From a virus (taxonomy: Duplodnaviria > Caudoviricetes), in the IMG/VR virus record IMGVR_UViG_3300021255_000070, positions 9,747 to 73,746 of that record: a DNA stretch of 64,000 nucleotides; one strand, written 5' to 3'. Every line of letters begins with the position of its first letter. The first letter of the stretch is position 1. The position numbers and the translations under genes are program-made. Positions 47,939 through 57,605 of the stretch are shown piece after piece. The notes beneath the pieces were generated by a model. The model made no database searches. It saw nothing but the letters and a program-made list of their open reading frames with translations, and had not been told where the DNA came from.

Positions 47939-48887
47939 TAAAGTATTGTCTCCTTTGCTGACATATAGGTGCAGCAGGGCATAGCTTACATCTCTTTACT
48001 TCACCCTTTACTTCTCTAACTACACCTTTACCTTTCTCTAAACAAAACTTATTAGCTTCTGCTAATGAGTCAAAGTTCTTTGTAGCTTTAGAAGCAGTAG
48101 GATTTGCATAGTATTTATACTTAGTATCACTACGCCATAATTCTTCATCAGTACACTCAGGAATGTCTTCTTCTTTAGCATCCCAGTACTTAGTAATAAG
48201 AGCTAGTTTCTCTTTAATCCATTTTTCTGTTTCAGGAATAGATAATAGAGGGTAATCCTTATACATAATCTTATGCTGAGGATAATCTTTATTAGTTAGA
48301 GCCAAGGCATTCTGCCAATCTGTAAAGATAAAACAGATACGTACAAAGTCAGAGGTTACTTTGTCTTGGTTCAACCATCTATAAATACTTCCCTGTAATC
48401 TATACTTTTCATCCATACCACCATATACCCATGTATATGCTGAAGTAGATTTAAAGTCATGTAGAATACCATCACCTATATAATCAAACTTACCACCTAT
48501 CTTGTAACCATCTATTTCTTTAATAGAACGCTGTTCAATATAGACAGGTATCTGACCATCTTCTACCTTTTCAGGATTGATAACTATTTTATCGGCTACA
48601 GATTTATTAAAGCCTAGAAACTCAAGAGTCTTTCTGTAATCACTATAGAGCCAAGCCTTCTCAATACCATCATGGATACTGGTTCCCATAACAGCAGGTA
48701 CAAAGCTGGATATGTCAGTAGTAATGAAATTATCATTTACTCTTGGTCTTAAGATAAGTTGTTTGAGGGGATTAAGTAACTGAGTAGCTGAGATATACTT
48801 CTCATCTTGAATATGGTCATATTCATCATGAGCTAGCCATACTTGTAATGGTAAAGGTATATCCCACTCATTTGTTAAGTTCATCAA
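47931..48887 (-). CDS. PD-(D/E)XK exonuclease (N4 gp42-like)
   Basis: ISATQLL, GTSIHDGIE, GGKFDYI...HDFKSTS, C-terminal CxxC...C cluster. Confidence 0.85.
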   Translation of the reverse strand: MMNLTNEWDIPLPLQVWLAHDEYDHIQDEKYISATQLLNPLKQLILRPRVNDNFITTDISSFVPAVMGTSIHDGIEKAWLYSDYRKTLEFLGFNKSVADKIVINPEKVEDGQIPVYIEQRSIKEIDGYKIGGKFDYIGDGILHDFKSTSAYTWVYGGMDEKYRLQGSIYRWLNQDKVTSDFVRICFIFTDWQNALALTNKDYPQHKIMYKDYPLLSIPETEKWIKEKLALITKYWDAKEEDIPECTDEELWRSDTKYKYYANPTASKATKNFDSLAEANKFCLEKGKGVVREVKGEVKRCKLCPAAPICQQRRQYFND

Positions 48888-49590
48888 TATACTCCTTAAC
48901 TAGATTGATTAGTTCTGGTTCTGTAAGATTATTTGGAAGAGATAATTCATGTGCCCAATCTGGGTAGAAGATAGATAATTCACCTCCTAAGTGAACGTCT
49001 GGATGTCTGATTTCTGGTTCATCCTGCCAAGATACTGCTTTATTTAGCTCTGTATTGACCCATAGAACCACTTCAGGGATATCTCTGATAATAAAGTACT
49101 GAGCATCATGAATTTGTGCTACAGGTTTAATATATTCACGGTATGGACTATTCTCTACTTTAGTCATAAATTCAATACCTGCTCTGGTATTTAATAATCC
49201 ATAGGATTGACCCAGAGCATTACCAGCAGTTCTTCTTTCTGCTTCAGCTTCATGAGGAGTCTTACTGGTTCCCATAATAGCCTGTTTCATCTTATGGGTT
49301 CTGACTCTTAAACCAAAAGCTACATCTACATAACCATTCTTTTCAGCAGATTCTAGTCTTTTATTAACCCATTCATCTGATTCTTTATAGAGTTCATGAT
49401 AAGCATTGTAGATTTGTTCTGCTTCTTTCTGAGAGAAGCCTTGGTTCTTAACTAAGGTAGAAGGAGTTCCTCCATAAGTAAGAGCAAAGGTACAGGTTTT
49501 AGACTTCTGTCTTAAATCCTTATGCTTATTTTTGATAGAGTTAATAATTTCTACTTCTGCTTCCTGTTTAGAGATTTCCTCTATCTTCAT
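48868..49590 (-). CDS. Family A DNA polymerase, C-terminal part (motifs B and C)
   Basis: RQKSKTCTFALTYGG (motif B), RTAGNALGQS, AQIHDAQYF (motif C); own SD AGGAG. Confidence 0.93.
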   Translation of the reverse strand: MKIEEISKQEAEVEIINSIKNKHKDLRQKSKTCTFALTYGGTPSTLVKNQGFSQKEAEQIYNAYHELYKESDEWVNKRLESAEKNGYVDVAFGLRVRTHKMKQAIMGTSKTPHEAEAERRTAGNALGQSYGLLNTRAGIEFMTKVENSPYREYIKPVAQIHDAQYFIIRDIPEVVLWVNTELNKAVSWQDEPEIRHPDVHLGGELSIFYPDWAHELSLPNNLTEPELINLVKEYIDELNK

Positions 49591-49601
49591 AGAAGCTCCT
49601 A

Positions 49602-49775
49602 TTAAGATTCTAATTCTTTAAGGTATTTTTCTTTTAATTCTGGTTCCAGATAGGATAAACAGGTATCCATGATATCTTTCAAAAGATAATACATATCTTT
49701 GTAATCTCTATTAGTTTCATAATAATCAAGAAGTTCAATAGCTAAATCTCTTGCTGTTGCTGGTCTTTCATCCAT
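49602..49775 (-). CDS. Small hypothetical protein (57 aa, not in the ORF track)
   Basis: Translated by hand: MDERPATARDLAIELLDYYETNRDYKDMYYLLKDIMDTCLSYLEPELKEKYLKELES; SD AGGAG. Confidence 0.75.
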   Translation of the reverse strand: MDERPATARDLAIELLDYYETNRDYKDMYYLLKDIMDTCLSYLEPELKEKYLKELES

Positions 49776-49790
49776 AGTTTATCTCCTAAG

Positions 49791-49822
49791 AAAAAAGCCT
49801 ATGTTTACTATGGTACATAGGC
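49791..49822 (-). terminator. Terminator-like hairpin inside the polymerase interruption
   Basis: GCCTATGT/ACATAGGC stem plus U6 tract on the - strand. Confidence 0.7.
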
Positions 49823-49832
49823 AAAAACTCAG

Positions 49833-50240
49833 TTAGTTACTCGGAAAGATATATTCCTGATGGTTTAATAGAAAATCATATAACCTATTATCAATATCAT
49901 CTATAATGTCATCTTCAAAAAAAGTACTTGATTCATTAATACCTACAGAAATAGCCTTATTGATAATATCTATTTTGATAGAATTAGGAATTCTATCAAT
50001 AGCTTTTGCAACTGTATCAATACAAGTAGTATCATCCATATCAGTAAGAGCTTCTACTTCATATTTTAAACTGTAGGATACTGGGTCAGCTCTCTCTGGA
50101 AGTTCATCTATATAATAGATTATTGGATATAAGCCGAAGTCTTGGTTCTCTATATAAATATCTTTTGGATTTACTTTGAGTACTTCAGCTAATTTCTGCT
50201 TATCTATTTTTAGATTACTATCGTCTATTTTTATAAACAT
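49833..50240 (-). CDS. Hypothetical protein (within the polymerase interruption)
   Basis: 135-aa acidic ORF with SD GGAG. Confidence 0.75.
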   Translation of the reverse strand: MFIKIDDSNLKIDKQKLAEVLKVNPKDIYIENQDFGLYPIIYYIDELPERADPVSYSLKYEVEALTDMDDTTCIDTVAKAIDRIPNSIKIDIINKAISVGINESSTFFEDDIIDDIDNRLYDFLLNHQEYIFPSN

Positions 50241-50248
50241 ATAAACTC

Positions 50249-50716
50249 CTAGAATTTAACTTTTTTTAACAAGTTATCTAAAGTAGTTTTATTACCACCT
50301 AGTTCTAGTTCTAGGATAATATCATTAATAGTTTTATTAATCTTTTCATTTAAATCATTAATTTGAGCCATAAGCTTATCTTCTTCTGCCTGCTTATAGT
50401 AAATAAATTTAAGGGATATACTTTCACATAAAGCTTCTGCTACTTTAGATGGAGTAATAAATAATCTATTAGGACCAGAGTAGTTATATTCAGTCCAGCA
50501 TAAAGTTACTTCTGGATGTTTTTTAATAGCATTGCTTAAAGCATGTGTAAACATTGAATTAGATAAATCTCTTATTTCTTTTTTAATATTAGTAAGATGT
50601 TCTGTCTGTTCTTTATGCAGTTTATCTAACTGTTCACATAAAGCCTGTTTCTTTGGTTCAGCTATTTCTTTAACACGAGTTTCAATAGCATTTTTAACAA
50701 TTTGAGTTACTTTCAT
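50249..50716 (-). CDS. Hypothetical coiled-coil protein (within the polymerase interruption)
   Basis: 155 aa, SD AAGGAG. Confidence 0.75.
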   Translation of the reverse strand: MKVTQIVKNAIETRVKEIAEPKKQALCEQLDKLHKEQTEHLTNIKKEIRDLSNSMFTHALSNAIKKHPEVTLCWTEYNYSGPNRLFITPSKVAEALCESISLKFIYYKQAEEDKLMAQINDLNEKINKTINDIILELELGGNKTTLDNLLKKVKF

Positions 50717-50729
50717 TATATGTCTCCTT

Positions 50730-50762
50730 AAAAAAGAGCCTAGTATAAAATCATACTAGGCT
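50730..50762 (-). terminator. Terminator-like hairpin inside the polymerase interruption
   Basis: AGCCTAGTAT/ATACTAGGCT stem plus U tract on the - strand. Confidence 0.75.
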
Positions 50763-50841
50763 TATAACACTACAAAAAGGTATTAGTTGATTTATCTATT
50801 TTTAACAACTATCCTATTTTTAATATCTTCAAACAATAAAT

Positions 50842-51411
50842 CTAAATTAGAGTAATATTCTCTTTAATATCTTCTAAGAATTTTTTGAGATTTAACTCAT
50901 AATGCATATTTTCAAAACCTGTATCCCAATCTGCTTCATATGGTCTATTAGTTTTAGGATTAAAAGTATTACCTTTTTTAGGAATATAAGCTCTTAGATT
51001 ATTCTTATCATCCAGATACATAATAAAGAATGTAGGATATTCATCATCTTCATTAGAATTACAAATAATAATAGGAAAACCATCTTTTACATATAAATAC
51101 AGATTTTCCATTTGTTGATATCCATCATTTTCCTCATAAAATTCTTTTATATATTCTTCTGGTTCTTGATTTCTTGAATCTTCCCAAGGATTTTCTTCAA
51201 AATCATTATAGCGAGTATTAAAGTCTTCCCATAAGCTACAACCTTCACTAAAACCCATAGGAATATCTAAATCTTTCTCTACTATTTTAGGAAATACATC
51301 ATAAAACATTTCACCAGCATCATCTTCTTCTGCTTTTAAATAATAATTTCTAATAGTATTTACTAATTCATCCATAGTATGTTTAGTTGTAAATCTAGGA
51401 AATTTATTCAT
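50842..51411 (-). CDS. Hypothetical acidic protein (within the polymerase interruption)
   Basis: 189 aa; LRAYIPKKGNTFNP C-terminal motif. Confidence 0.75.
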   Translation of the reverse strand: MNKFPRFTTKHTMDELVNTIRNYYLKAEEDDAGEMFYDVFPKIVEKDLDIPMGFSEGCSLWEDFNTRYNDFEENPWEDSRNQEPEEYIKEFYEENDGYQQMENLYLYVKDGFPIIICNSNEDDEYPTFFIMYLDDKNNLRAYIPKKGNTFNPKTNRPYEADWDTGFENMHYELNLKKFLEDIKENITLI

Positions 51412-51412
51412 T

Positions 51413-51811
51413 TTATTCTTCCTTTACCTTTTCAAGGTATTTAAAACTCTTTTCAATAGGATATCTTAATGGTGGATATTCAAAGCCTTTAGAATAAGGC
51501 ATACCTATTTCTAAAGTAACTTTTGTACCATCATTTTTAATTACCATAATTTGATATTTAGATAATTGTTCAAAAAGTTTATAAATACATAACATCCTTT
51601 CATAGCAAACATTTAAATATTCAAATTCATAAGTCATATTGAATAAGTAATATTCTTTATTATCTGTATATATGTAAGTTTCCTGAGTTAGTAATCCATC
51701 ATCTGCAACTGATTTAAATGCATATTTATAAGCACTTCTGTTAGCTTTACCTTTATGAATTACTTCTTTGAACTCATCTTTAGGAACCAACATATAAATT
51801 TTACAGTTCAT
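51413..51811 (-). CDS. Hypothetical protein (within the polymerase interruption)
   Basis: 132 aa; start overlaps the stop of the polymerase N-terminal gene. Confidence 0.7.
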   Translation of the reverse strand: MNCKIYMLVPKDEFKEVIHKGKANRSAYKYAFKSVADDGLLTQETYIYTDNKEYYLFNMTYEFEYLNVCYERMLCIYKLFEQLSKYQIMVIKNDGTKVTLEIGMPYSKGFEYPPLRYPIEKSFKYLEKVKEE

Positions 51812-53732
51812 TCTGATACTCCTTTAATTTAGGATTATTTTCATTCAGGTATTCTATGGTTCCATCATCATGAGTAACTTTATAGACCTTACCTTCTTTC
51901 TTAATCTCTTCTAACTGTTCTGTAATATCTGGCATCTGGTCTTTGAAATAAGAATAACTTCGTAAGCAATGACCATCATAATGCTCCAGATATACCTTTA
52001 ATTTATTTTTATCTTTGGTTGTAAGAGCACTAATTCTATCTTCCAAAGATGCAAAGTCTTCACCAACAAAGAGCCAATCAGGAGGTGGACTAAAACATTT
52101 CTTAATAGTTTTAGCATATTTAGAACCAGTAGCTGGTAAGTTCTGTAAGTTAGGACTATTACTGCTTAATCTACCTGATACAGTACCTCCTAGACGGAAA
52201 TTACCACATAAATAGTACCATCCATCAGGAGCTTTATATGCTTTCTTAAAAGCAGGTATAAAAGCAGTAAGAATCTTATTTACATCTGAAAAATCAATAA
52301 GAGCATCTATTAAGTCTAATACAGCCTGATAGGTAGTCTTATTCTTAAGAGCTTTAAGAGTATCAGCACTTGTACTTGGTTCACCTGAATCAGTTTTAAA
52401 TATCACAGGAAAAGCTAACATATCATAGAATAGCTCTTTCAACTGAAGATTAGAATTAGGATTAAATTCTTCATGTGCATCAGCTATAGTTACTCTCTTT
52501 TTCTTTAGAGTCTTATTCTTTCTCTGTACCCATTGCTGGTTCAAATAGTTAGTAAATTTAACTACAATGTGATTAGACATTATTCTCTGTAGAGCATCTG
52601 CCTTATCCTGTTCTAACTGTTTTTCTGTTTCTAAGACTTTATCCATATCTAATGGAAGACCATTTAGCTGCATTTGAATAATGCCTTTAATAGCTGGTTT
52701 AAATAGAGTCTCATAGATAACTTTCTGGTTATCATCTATCATCTTCTGATAATGTTTATGATATACATACCAAGTAGCTAAACCATCTATAAGGTTATAT
52801 TTCAGTAAATCAGCAGTAGGTATTTTAGATACATCACCTATTTCATCCTGTGCCCAGTTACCTGCAAATTCCTGAGCCTGTTCCTTAAGAGATAAGCTAT
52901 TACCACTAGCACTATTAGTAGCTAGATAAGTAATCAGCATAGTGTCATCAAAGTCTCTTAATAAAGTATTTAGACCTTCATACATACCTTTAATATCTAG
53001 GAAATCTTTCATAAATAACTGATAGGTAAGTACGTATACATCAAAGGATATATTATGAAATATCAGAGTACCTTTATAGTTTTTAAAGAACCAAGTAAGT
53101 TCCTGTCTTACTGCCGTATTCTGTATTTCTTGGCTCGTATCTACTTTAAAGGCTATACCCTTATGCATACTCCAACAGAAAGTAATAGAAGCTATACCTG
53201 CATCATAGTGCTTTAAGGAATAAGTCTCTATATCACAGGTAAGCTTTGGATAACTTAGAAGAGTATCAAGATATTTATGAATTTCAGTAGGAGTAGATGG
53301 ATAATAAGCTTCATCTATAATTTCAGTACCGGGTTCCTTATAAGTATTCCCGGCATGAGCTAATACAGCTTCTAGTGATTGCTTAATCTTATCTCTGGTT
53401 TCATCTGGTTTATAGAAAATACCATCTACAGAAGGAGTATAGGTAATAAAGAAGTTTTTAAGAGGAAAGATATAACCAACCAAGGTATTAGGCTTGCATG
53501 GTCCATGTAATGCTTTGAACCATTCAGCATCACAGATAATCAGATATTTACTGTCACTGAAGTTATCCTGATTATTATCAAACCAGTCTCTCATTTCTTT
53601 GACAGATGGTTTCTTCTTACCTAATGGATTCCATAAGGTAATAGTTCTACATTCTTCAGGAGGTAAATATTTATGATATTCTGTTGCTATACGGCTTGGT
53701 TGGTTCTTATTAACAAAGATAGTGTATTTCAT
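51801..53732 (-). CDS. Family A DNA polymerase, N-terminal part (N-domain, 3'-5' exonuclease, motif A)
   Basis: Exo I CDIETYSL, Exo II FHNISFD, Exo III YNLIDG, GTVSGRLSSNSPNLQNLP, motif A GEDFASLEDR, DGHCLRSYSYF. Confidence 0.94.
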   Translation of the reverse strand: MKYTIFVNKNQPSRIATEYHKYLPPEECRTITLWNPLGKKKPSVKEMRDWFDNNQDNFSDSKYLIICDAEWFKALHGPCKPNTLVGYIFPLKNFFITYTPSVDGIFYKPDETRDKIKQSLEAVLAHAGNTYKEPGTEIIDEAYYPSTPTEIHKYLDTLLSYPKLTCDIETYSLKHYDAGIASITFCWSMHKGIAFKVDTSQEIQNTAVRQELTWFFKNYKGTLIFHNISFDVYVLTYQLFMKDFLDIKGMYEGLNTLLRDFDDTMLITYLATNSASGNSLSLKEQAQEFAGNWAQDEIGDVSKIPTADLLKYNLIDGLATWYVYHKHYQKMIDDNQKVIYETLFKPAIKGIIQMQLNGLPLDMDKVLETEKQLEQDKADALQRIMSNHIVVKFTNYLNQQWVQRKNKTLKKKRVTIADAHEEFNPNSNLQLKELFYDMLAFPVIFKTDSGEPSTSADTLKALKNKTTYQAVLDLIDALIDFSDVNKILTAFIPAFKKAYKAPDGWYYLCGNFRLGGTVSGRLSSNSPNLQNLPATGSKYAKTIKKCFSPPPDWLFVGEDFASLEDRISALTTKDKNKLKVYLEHYDGHCLRSYSYFKDQMPDITEQLEEIKKEGKVYKVTHDDGTIEYLNENNPKLKEYQNEL

Positions 53733-54238
53733 ACTAATAACTCATATGCTTCATACTGATTAATACGAGGAATTATAATTTCTTCATAAAACTTTTTTAA
53801 GTTATCTTTTATTTCTGGTTCAGATTCTCTTACCCACTGAGGTACTATCTTTTTGATAAAAGAATCAAAGATACTAGGCAGATTATTGAACATCTCTCCA
53901 TTATCTTTTGAACCAAAGCATTGGGAAGCAATGAAGGTAGTAATAAACTTTCTATCCTGTTCAATGGTTTCTTTGGTTTTCTTGTACTGTTCTAGTTTAT
54001 CTACAAGGGCTAAATTTAAAGTACAAAGATTGTTCTTATCATGACTGAAGTTAAGAGAAGGATTGAAATAGCAATAACCTCTAAATTTAAATCCATAAGA
54101 GACTACTGTCTGTTCATTATTCAATTCAGAATTCTGTTTGATTAATTTAGTAAGATAAGTATTTAGATATTTCTTAGGATTCTTAAAGATGCTATCAATC
54201 AATTCTTCTCTAGTATCATAGATTGAATATTTACTCAT
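53729..54238 (-). CDS. N4 gp38-like hypothetical protein
   Basis: 169 aa between helicase and polymerase; GFKFRG motif. Confidence 0.6.
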   Translation of the reverse strand: MSKYSIYDTREELIDSIFKNPKKYLNTYLTKLIKQNSELNNEQTVVSYGFKFRGYCYFNPSLNFSHDKNNLCTLNLALVDKLEQYKKTKETIEQDRKFITTFIASQCFGSKDNGEMFNNLPSIFDSFIKKIVPQWVRESEPEIKDNLKKFYEEIIIPRINQYEAYELLV

Positions 54239-55530
54239 AAAATACTCCCAAATTTTTTAGCTAGAGAACCATAGAAATATACTTTATGTCTGGCTCTGGT
54301 ACAGGCAACATAAAGCAGTCTATAGAAGGTATCTGGATTTCTACAGGTAGATAGATTATCTAAGTCGATAAGTACTGTATCTACAGTAGCTCCTTGTGCT
54401 TTGTGTACTGTGCAGGCATCTGCATAACGTAAATCTGCTACATAATCTTTCAACTGATAATAATGAGTCCAGTCTTTATCTTTGGCTAAGATTTTTAAAG
54501 CCTGCCTCTTATCAAGAGAATTAACAGGTAGAATAAGAGGAACAGTATTACCATTGGTAAGACATAATCCCTGTGCTCTTATAATAGGAAATTTAATATT
54601 GGTTTCTTTACCTGTTATTTCTAGTTTTTCTTGCATTGGTTCAACATCTATCAAATCTACTACATCTTCTGTGTGTAGAATTAACATACCGTCTTTACCA
54701 TGTAAGACATTATTGGCTATTAATCTCTGACCTTTATAGAATGGTTCTGTATGCCCTCTTACTTCTGAATGGATATATGAATTATAGGCAATACAGCAGT
54801 TATTGGTATAACAGCAAATCTTATTGTTATTCTGTGGCTGGATAAAATTATTATTTAAATAAGTAAAAGTATTCTCTTTAGTCAGAACTTCAATAGTATC
54901 TTTTACAGTATTTATAGTAACAGTTTTATTATCTATAGCATCTTTACATCTTTGAGCCAAGTCAGTTAATGCTTGGTTCTGCTGCCGCATAAAGGTTTTT
55001 AGAGGTATTTCCTGATAGTTCTGTTTATATACCTGAGATATGGTTTCTCTTACAGGAGCTAATTGATATTTATCTCCTACATAGATAATTTTACAGGTAG
55101 AACAGCACTGTTGGATATATTTAAATAATTCCCAGTTAATCATTGAAGCTTCATCAATGATAATAACTTCATTGAATATAATAGATGTTTTATCTGTAGT
55201 AGCTAGTTTCTCTTCTCCAGTCTTATAATCTTCAGTAACTCTAAGACCTAAGAAAGAGTGAATAGTAGGAACATCTTCATGAACCAGTAAGCCTAGAGAT
55301 TCACAGGCTTTATTGGTAGTAGATGTAATTCTGATATTATTATATTTGACAGGTAATCCAAATAGACTGCATAAGTCTCTGTATTCTTTAAGAAGGTTCT
55401 TTTTAAGTTCATTAATTAAATAACTTTTACCTGTACCTCCTGAACCATCAATAATAATAGCTGGTTCATCTGTAGTTAAGAATGTTACTATTTTATTCAT
55501 AGCATCATTCTGTTCTTGGTTGAGTGACAT
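54235..55530 (-). CDS. SF1B (Dda/RecD-like) DNA helicase
   Basis: GSGGTGKS, IIDEASMI, GDKYQLAPV, TVHKAQG, YVACTRAR. Confidence 0.93.
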   Translation of the reverse strand: MSLNQEQNDAMNKIVTFLTTDEPAIIIDGSGGTGKSYLINELKKNLLKEYRDLCSLFGLPVKYNNIRITSTTNKACESLGLLVHEDVPTIHSFLGLRVTEDYKTGEEKLATTDKTSIIFNEVIIIDEASMINWELFKYIQQCCSTCKIIYVGDKYQLAPVRETISQVYKQNYQEIPLKTFMRQQNQALTDLAQRCKDAIDNKTVTINTVKDTIEVLTKENTFTYLNNNFIQPQNNNKICCYTNNCCIAYNSYIHSEVRGHTEPFYKGQRLIANNVLHGKDGMLILHTEDVVDLIDVEPMQEKLEITGKETNIKFPIIRAQGLCLTNGNTVPLILPVNSLDKRQALKILAKDKDWTHYYQLKDYVADLRYADACTVHKAQGATVDTVLIDLDNLSTCRNPDTFYRLLYVACTRARHKVYFYGSLAKKFGSIL

Positions 55531-55576
55531 CTGTTTCTACCTCTTTTTTTAAAAACCCACAACAGAGAATAGAAGA

Positions 55577-55888
55577 TTAAAATTGTTTATGTAGTTTACC
55601 TGCAAACTTTGTAAATTCATCTAGAGAACTAAGTAACTGTTTCTTCAGGTAGGGATATTCATCTATTTCTTTTTCAGAATATAGACCAGCAATAGGAGCC
55701 AGAGCTGTAATAATCATTACTAATACATCTTTATCAATTTTATGTGTATTTGATTTTTCTTCTGCACAGCATAGAAAATCAAACATTTCAAAGGTAGTAT
55801 TAATGTGAACTCTATATGTAGAGAGTTTCTCATTTGCTTGGTTCAAATCATCTCTTAAAGCATCGAAGTCTTCTTCTGTTAAATTCAT
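55577..55888 (-). CDS. Hypothetical protein
   Basis: 103 aa, SD GGAG. Confidence 0.7.
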   Translation of the reverse strand: MNLTEEDFDALRDDLNQANEKLSTYRVHINTTFEMFDFLCCAEEKSNTHKIDKDVLVMIITALAPIAGLYSEKEIDEYPYLKKQLLSSLDEFTKFAGKLHKQF

Positions 55889-55890
55889 AT

Positions 55891-56160
55891 TTACTCCAAA
55901 TCTAATACAGAATAACCATGAAATACTATCTGACCTGCATCAGATTCATTCTCTTCTACTTCTATATAGTAATCATTAGCCTGATGTAGTAATCCTTCTA
56001 AAGTAATGGTCTTGTTACGTTTACTACCTTTCATAGATGAACCATCATTGTTGGTAAATCTATAATCAATACCATGTCTATATAGTACTTTCTTTCCTTG
56101 GTTCACAGCATCGTTATACATCTGTGTAATCTGTTCATTATTTAAAAAATCAAACATAAT
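55891..56160 (-). CDS. Hypothetical protein
   Basis: Likely start at MFDFLNN downstream of GGAGG; track ORF 55891-56208. Confidence 0.65.
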   Translation of the reverse strand: MMFDFLNNEQITQMYNDAVNQGKKVLYRHGIDYRFTNNDGSSMKGSKRNKTITLEGLLHQANDYYIEVEENESDAGQIVFHGYSVLDLE

Positions 56161-56176
56161 TGTCATCTTCCTCCAT

Positions 56177-56479
56177 TTAATTCTTCTCATTCTCCATACA
56201 GAAATCATCTATAGCTTTAAGTAATTCACTAATGGCTATAGTAATATTTTTCATAGATTCTATAGTATTAGCACTATGTACTATATTAGATGCTTGAAGC
56301 TTATTGATTAAATAAGACATCATTTCATATGAGGATTTAGTTATATGAAATCTTTCTATGTCAAAGTAAGAGTTATTACTTAGATTTGTATTTCTATCTA
56401 CTTTAGATCTAATTTCATGTTCATGACCATCTTCACAGGTATAGAGTATCTCATCATATGTATCATATACGTATTGCAT
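56177..56479 (-). CDS. Hypothetical protein
   Basis: 100 aa, SD GGAG. Confidence 0.7.
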   Translation of the reverse strand: MQYVYDTYDEILYTCEDGHEHEIRSKVDRNTNLSNNSYFDIERFHITKSSYEMMSYLINKLQASNIVHSANTIESMKNITIAISELLKAIDDFCMENEKN

Positions 56480-56532
56480 TACCGGTTCTCCATATTTATA
56501 CTTAGACTACTAACGAAATGAAATGACTTCTT

Positions 56533-56558
56533 CCCCTAGGTTTATACCTGCCTAGGGG
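56533..56558. terminator. Hairpin/terminator
   Basis: CCCCTAGG/CCTAGGGG stem in an intergenic gap. Confidence 0.7.
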
Positions 56559-56566
56559 ATTCTTTT

Positions 56567-56776
56567 TTAATTATCTATAATGCATATACTTGCATCTTTA
56601 AATTCAACTGAATTATCTGATTTACTATCTGCACCTATAATTCTATGAGGTCCAAACTTATAAGTAACATCATCATAAATAGGATAATCTGAATGATCTG
56701 ATGAATGTACTGTAAATAGAACAGGTGTATCTGGTTTAAACTGCTTTAGTAACTCTACTAACTGTCCTGTTGTCAT
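56567..56776 (-). CDS. Small hypothetical protein
   Basis: 69 aa, SD AGGAGG; MTTGQLVELLKQF type N-terminus. Confidence 0.7.
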   Translation of the reverse strand: MTTGQLVELLKQFKPDTPVLFTVHSSDHSDYPIYDDVTYKFGPHRIIGADSKSDNSVEFKDASICIIDN

Positions 56777-56777
56777 A

Positions 56778-57014
56778 TTAGTGTCCTCCTAAATCTTCAG
56801 GGTTATAGAATATATTTAATTGAGCCAGTGCTTCTAAGTAAGTTGCACTTTCTACAGGTAAGTCTAAATAATGGTATTGGTTCTTTAGTAACTCAACTAC
56901 TGAACCAAGGAAATGAGGATATTCACCTTCATAACATGATTCAATATGAACTTTATTTAGAACTGCATTATTCTTAGTAAAAGTAATTAATTCATGAATT
57001 TTCATATTTAACAC
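56778..57014 (-). CDS. Small hypothetical protein
   Basis: 78 aa, tightly packed. Confidence 0.6.
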   Translation of the reverse strand: MLNMKIHELITFTKNNAVLNKVHIESCYEGEYPHFLGSVVELLKNQYHYLDLPVESATYLEALAQLNIFYNPEDLGGH

Positions 57015-57499
57015 TCGAATTTAGTAATAATAGTATTGTCATCATCAGATTGGTCTACAGGTTTTAAATTGCAATATGCATTAGCATTTTCTACTAGATT
57101 TTTAGTAGTATTAGTATCTATAGAAAAATCATTATTATTAAACCATCCCATACATATAGCAAAATCTCTACCTATAAAATCTGCCAGTTCTTTTGGAACA
57201 TTAGATTTATTCTCAACTTCTCTGTTTCTCTGGAATAGCATAATATCTATTAGATGAACATATTCACCTTTATTTATTACATCTTCCTCATTTAATTCAA
57301 ATTTTTCTATAAATTCTTCAGTAGTACAGAAATGATTATTTATAAGATATGAGCCTATTACCGATTTATCAAATGTAAATGGAGATAAGGACACATTAGA
57401 TTTTTGGAAATCATTAAACAGTTGTTCGTCATAAAGTGTTTTAAAAAGCATTTTTTCATATATTATTGCTAATGGAGTATAGTTTGGTTTCTTTTTCAT
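57008..57499 (-). CDS. Hypothetical protein
   Basis: 163 aa, SD AAGGAG. Confidence 0.7.
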   Translation of the reverse strand: MKKKPNYTPLAIIYEKMLFKTLYDEQLFNDFQKSNVSLSPFTFDKSVIGSYLINNHFCTTEEFIEKFELNEEDVINKGEYVHLIDIMLFQRNREVENKSNVPKELADFIGRDFAICMGWFNNNDFSIDTNTTKNLVENANAYCNLKPVDQSDDDNTIITKFEC

Positions 57500-57508
57500 T
57501 GGTTCTCC

Positions 57509-57536
57509 TTTACATATAAATTAAGTAATTTATAAT
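57509..57536 (+). promoter_or_regulatory. Sigma70-like promoter for the tRNA pair
   Basis: TTTACA-16 nt-TATAAT about 70 nt upstream of tRNA-Trp. Confidence 0.6.
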
Positions 57537-57605
57537 ACAAATATCCTCTACCGAATGTTAGTTATTAAAACAGAACAGAAAACTATGGTGGTAGAGGATG
57601 CTAGT

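Noticed and set aside
49591-51800. Group I/II intron, intein or homing endonuclease as the cause of the polymerase split
   Set aside because: No HNH, GIY-YIG, LAGLIDADG or RT motifs in the five ORFs, no intein C-terminal HN plus C/S/T junction, and both halves have their own start and stop signals. Cryptic splicing cannot be excluded without RT-PCR.
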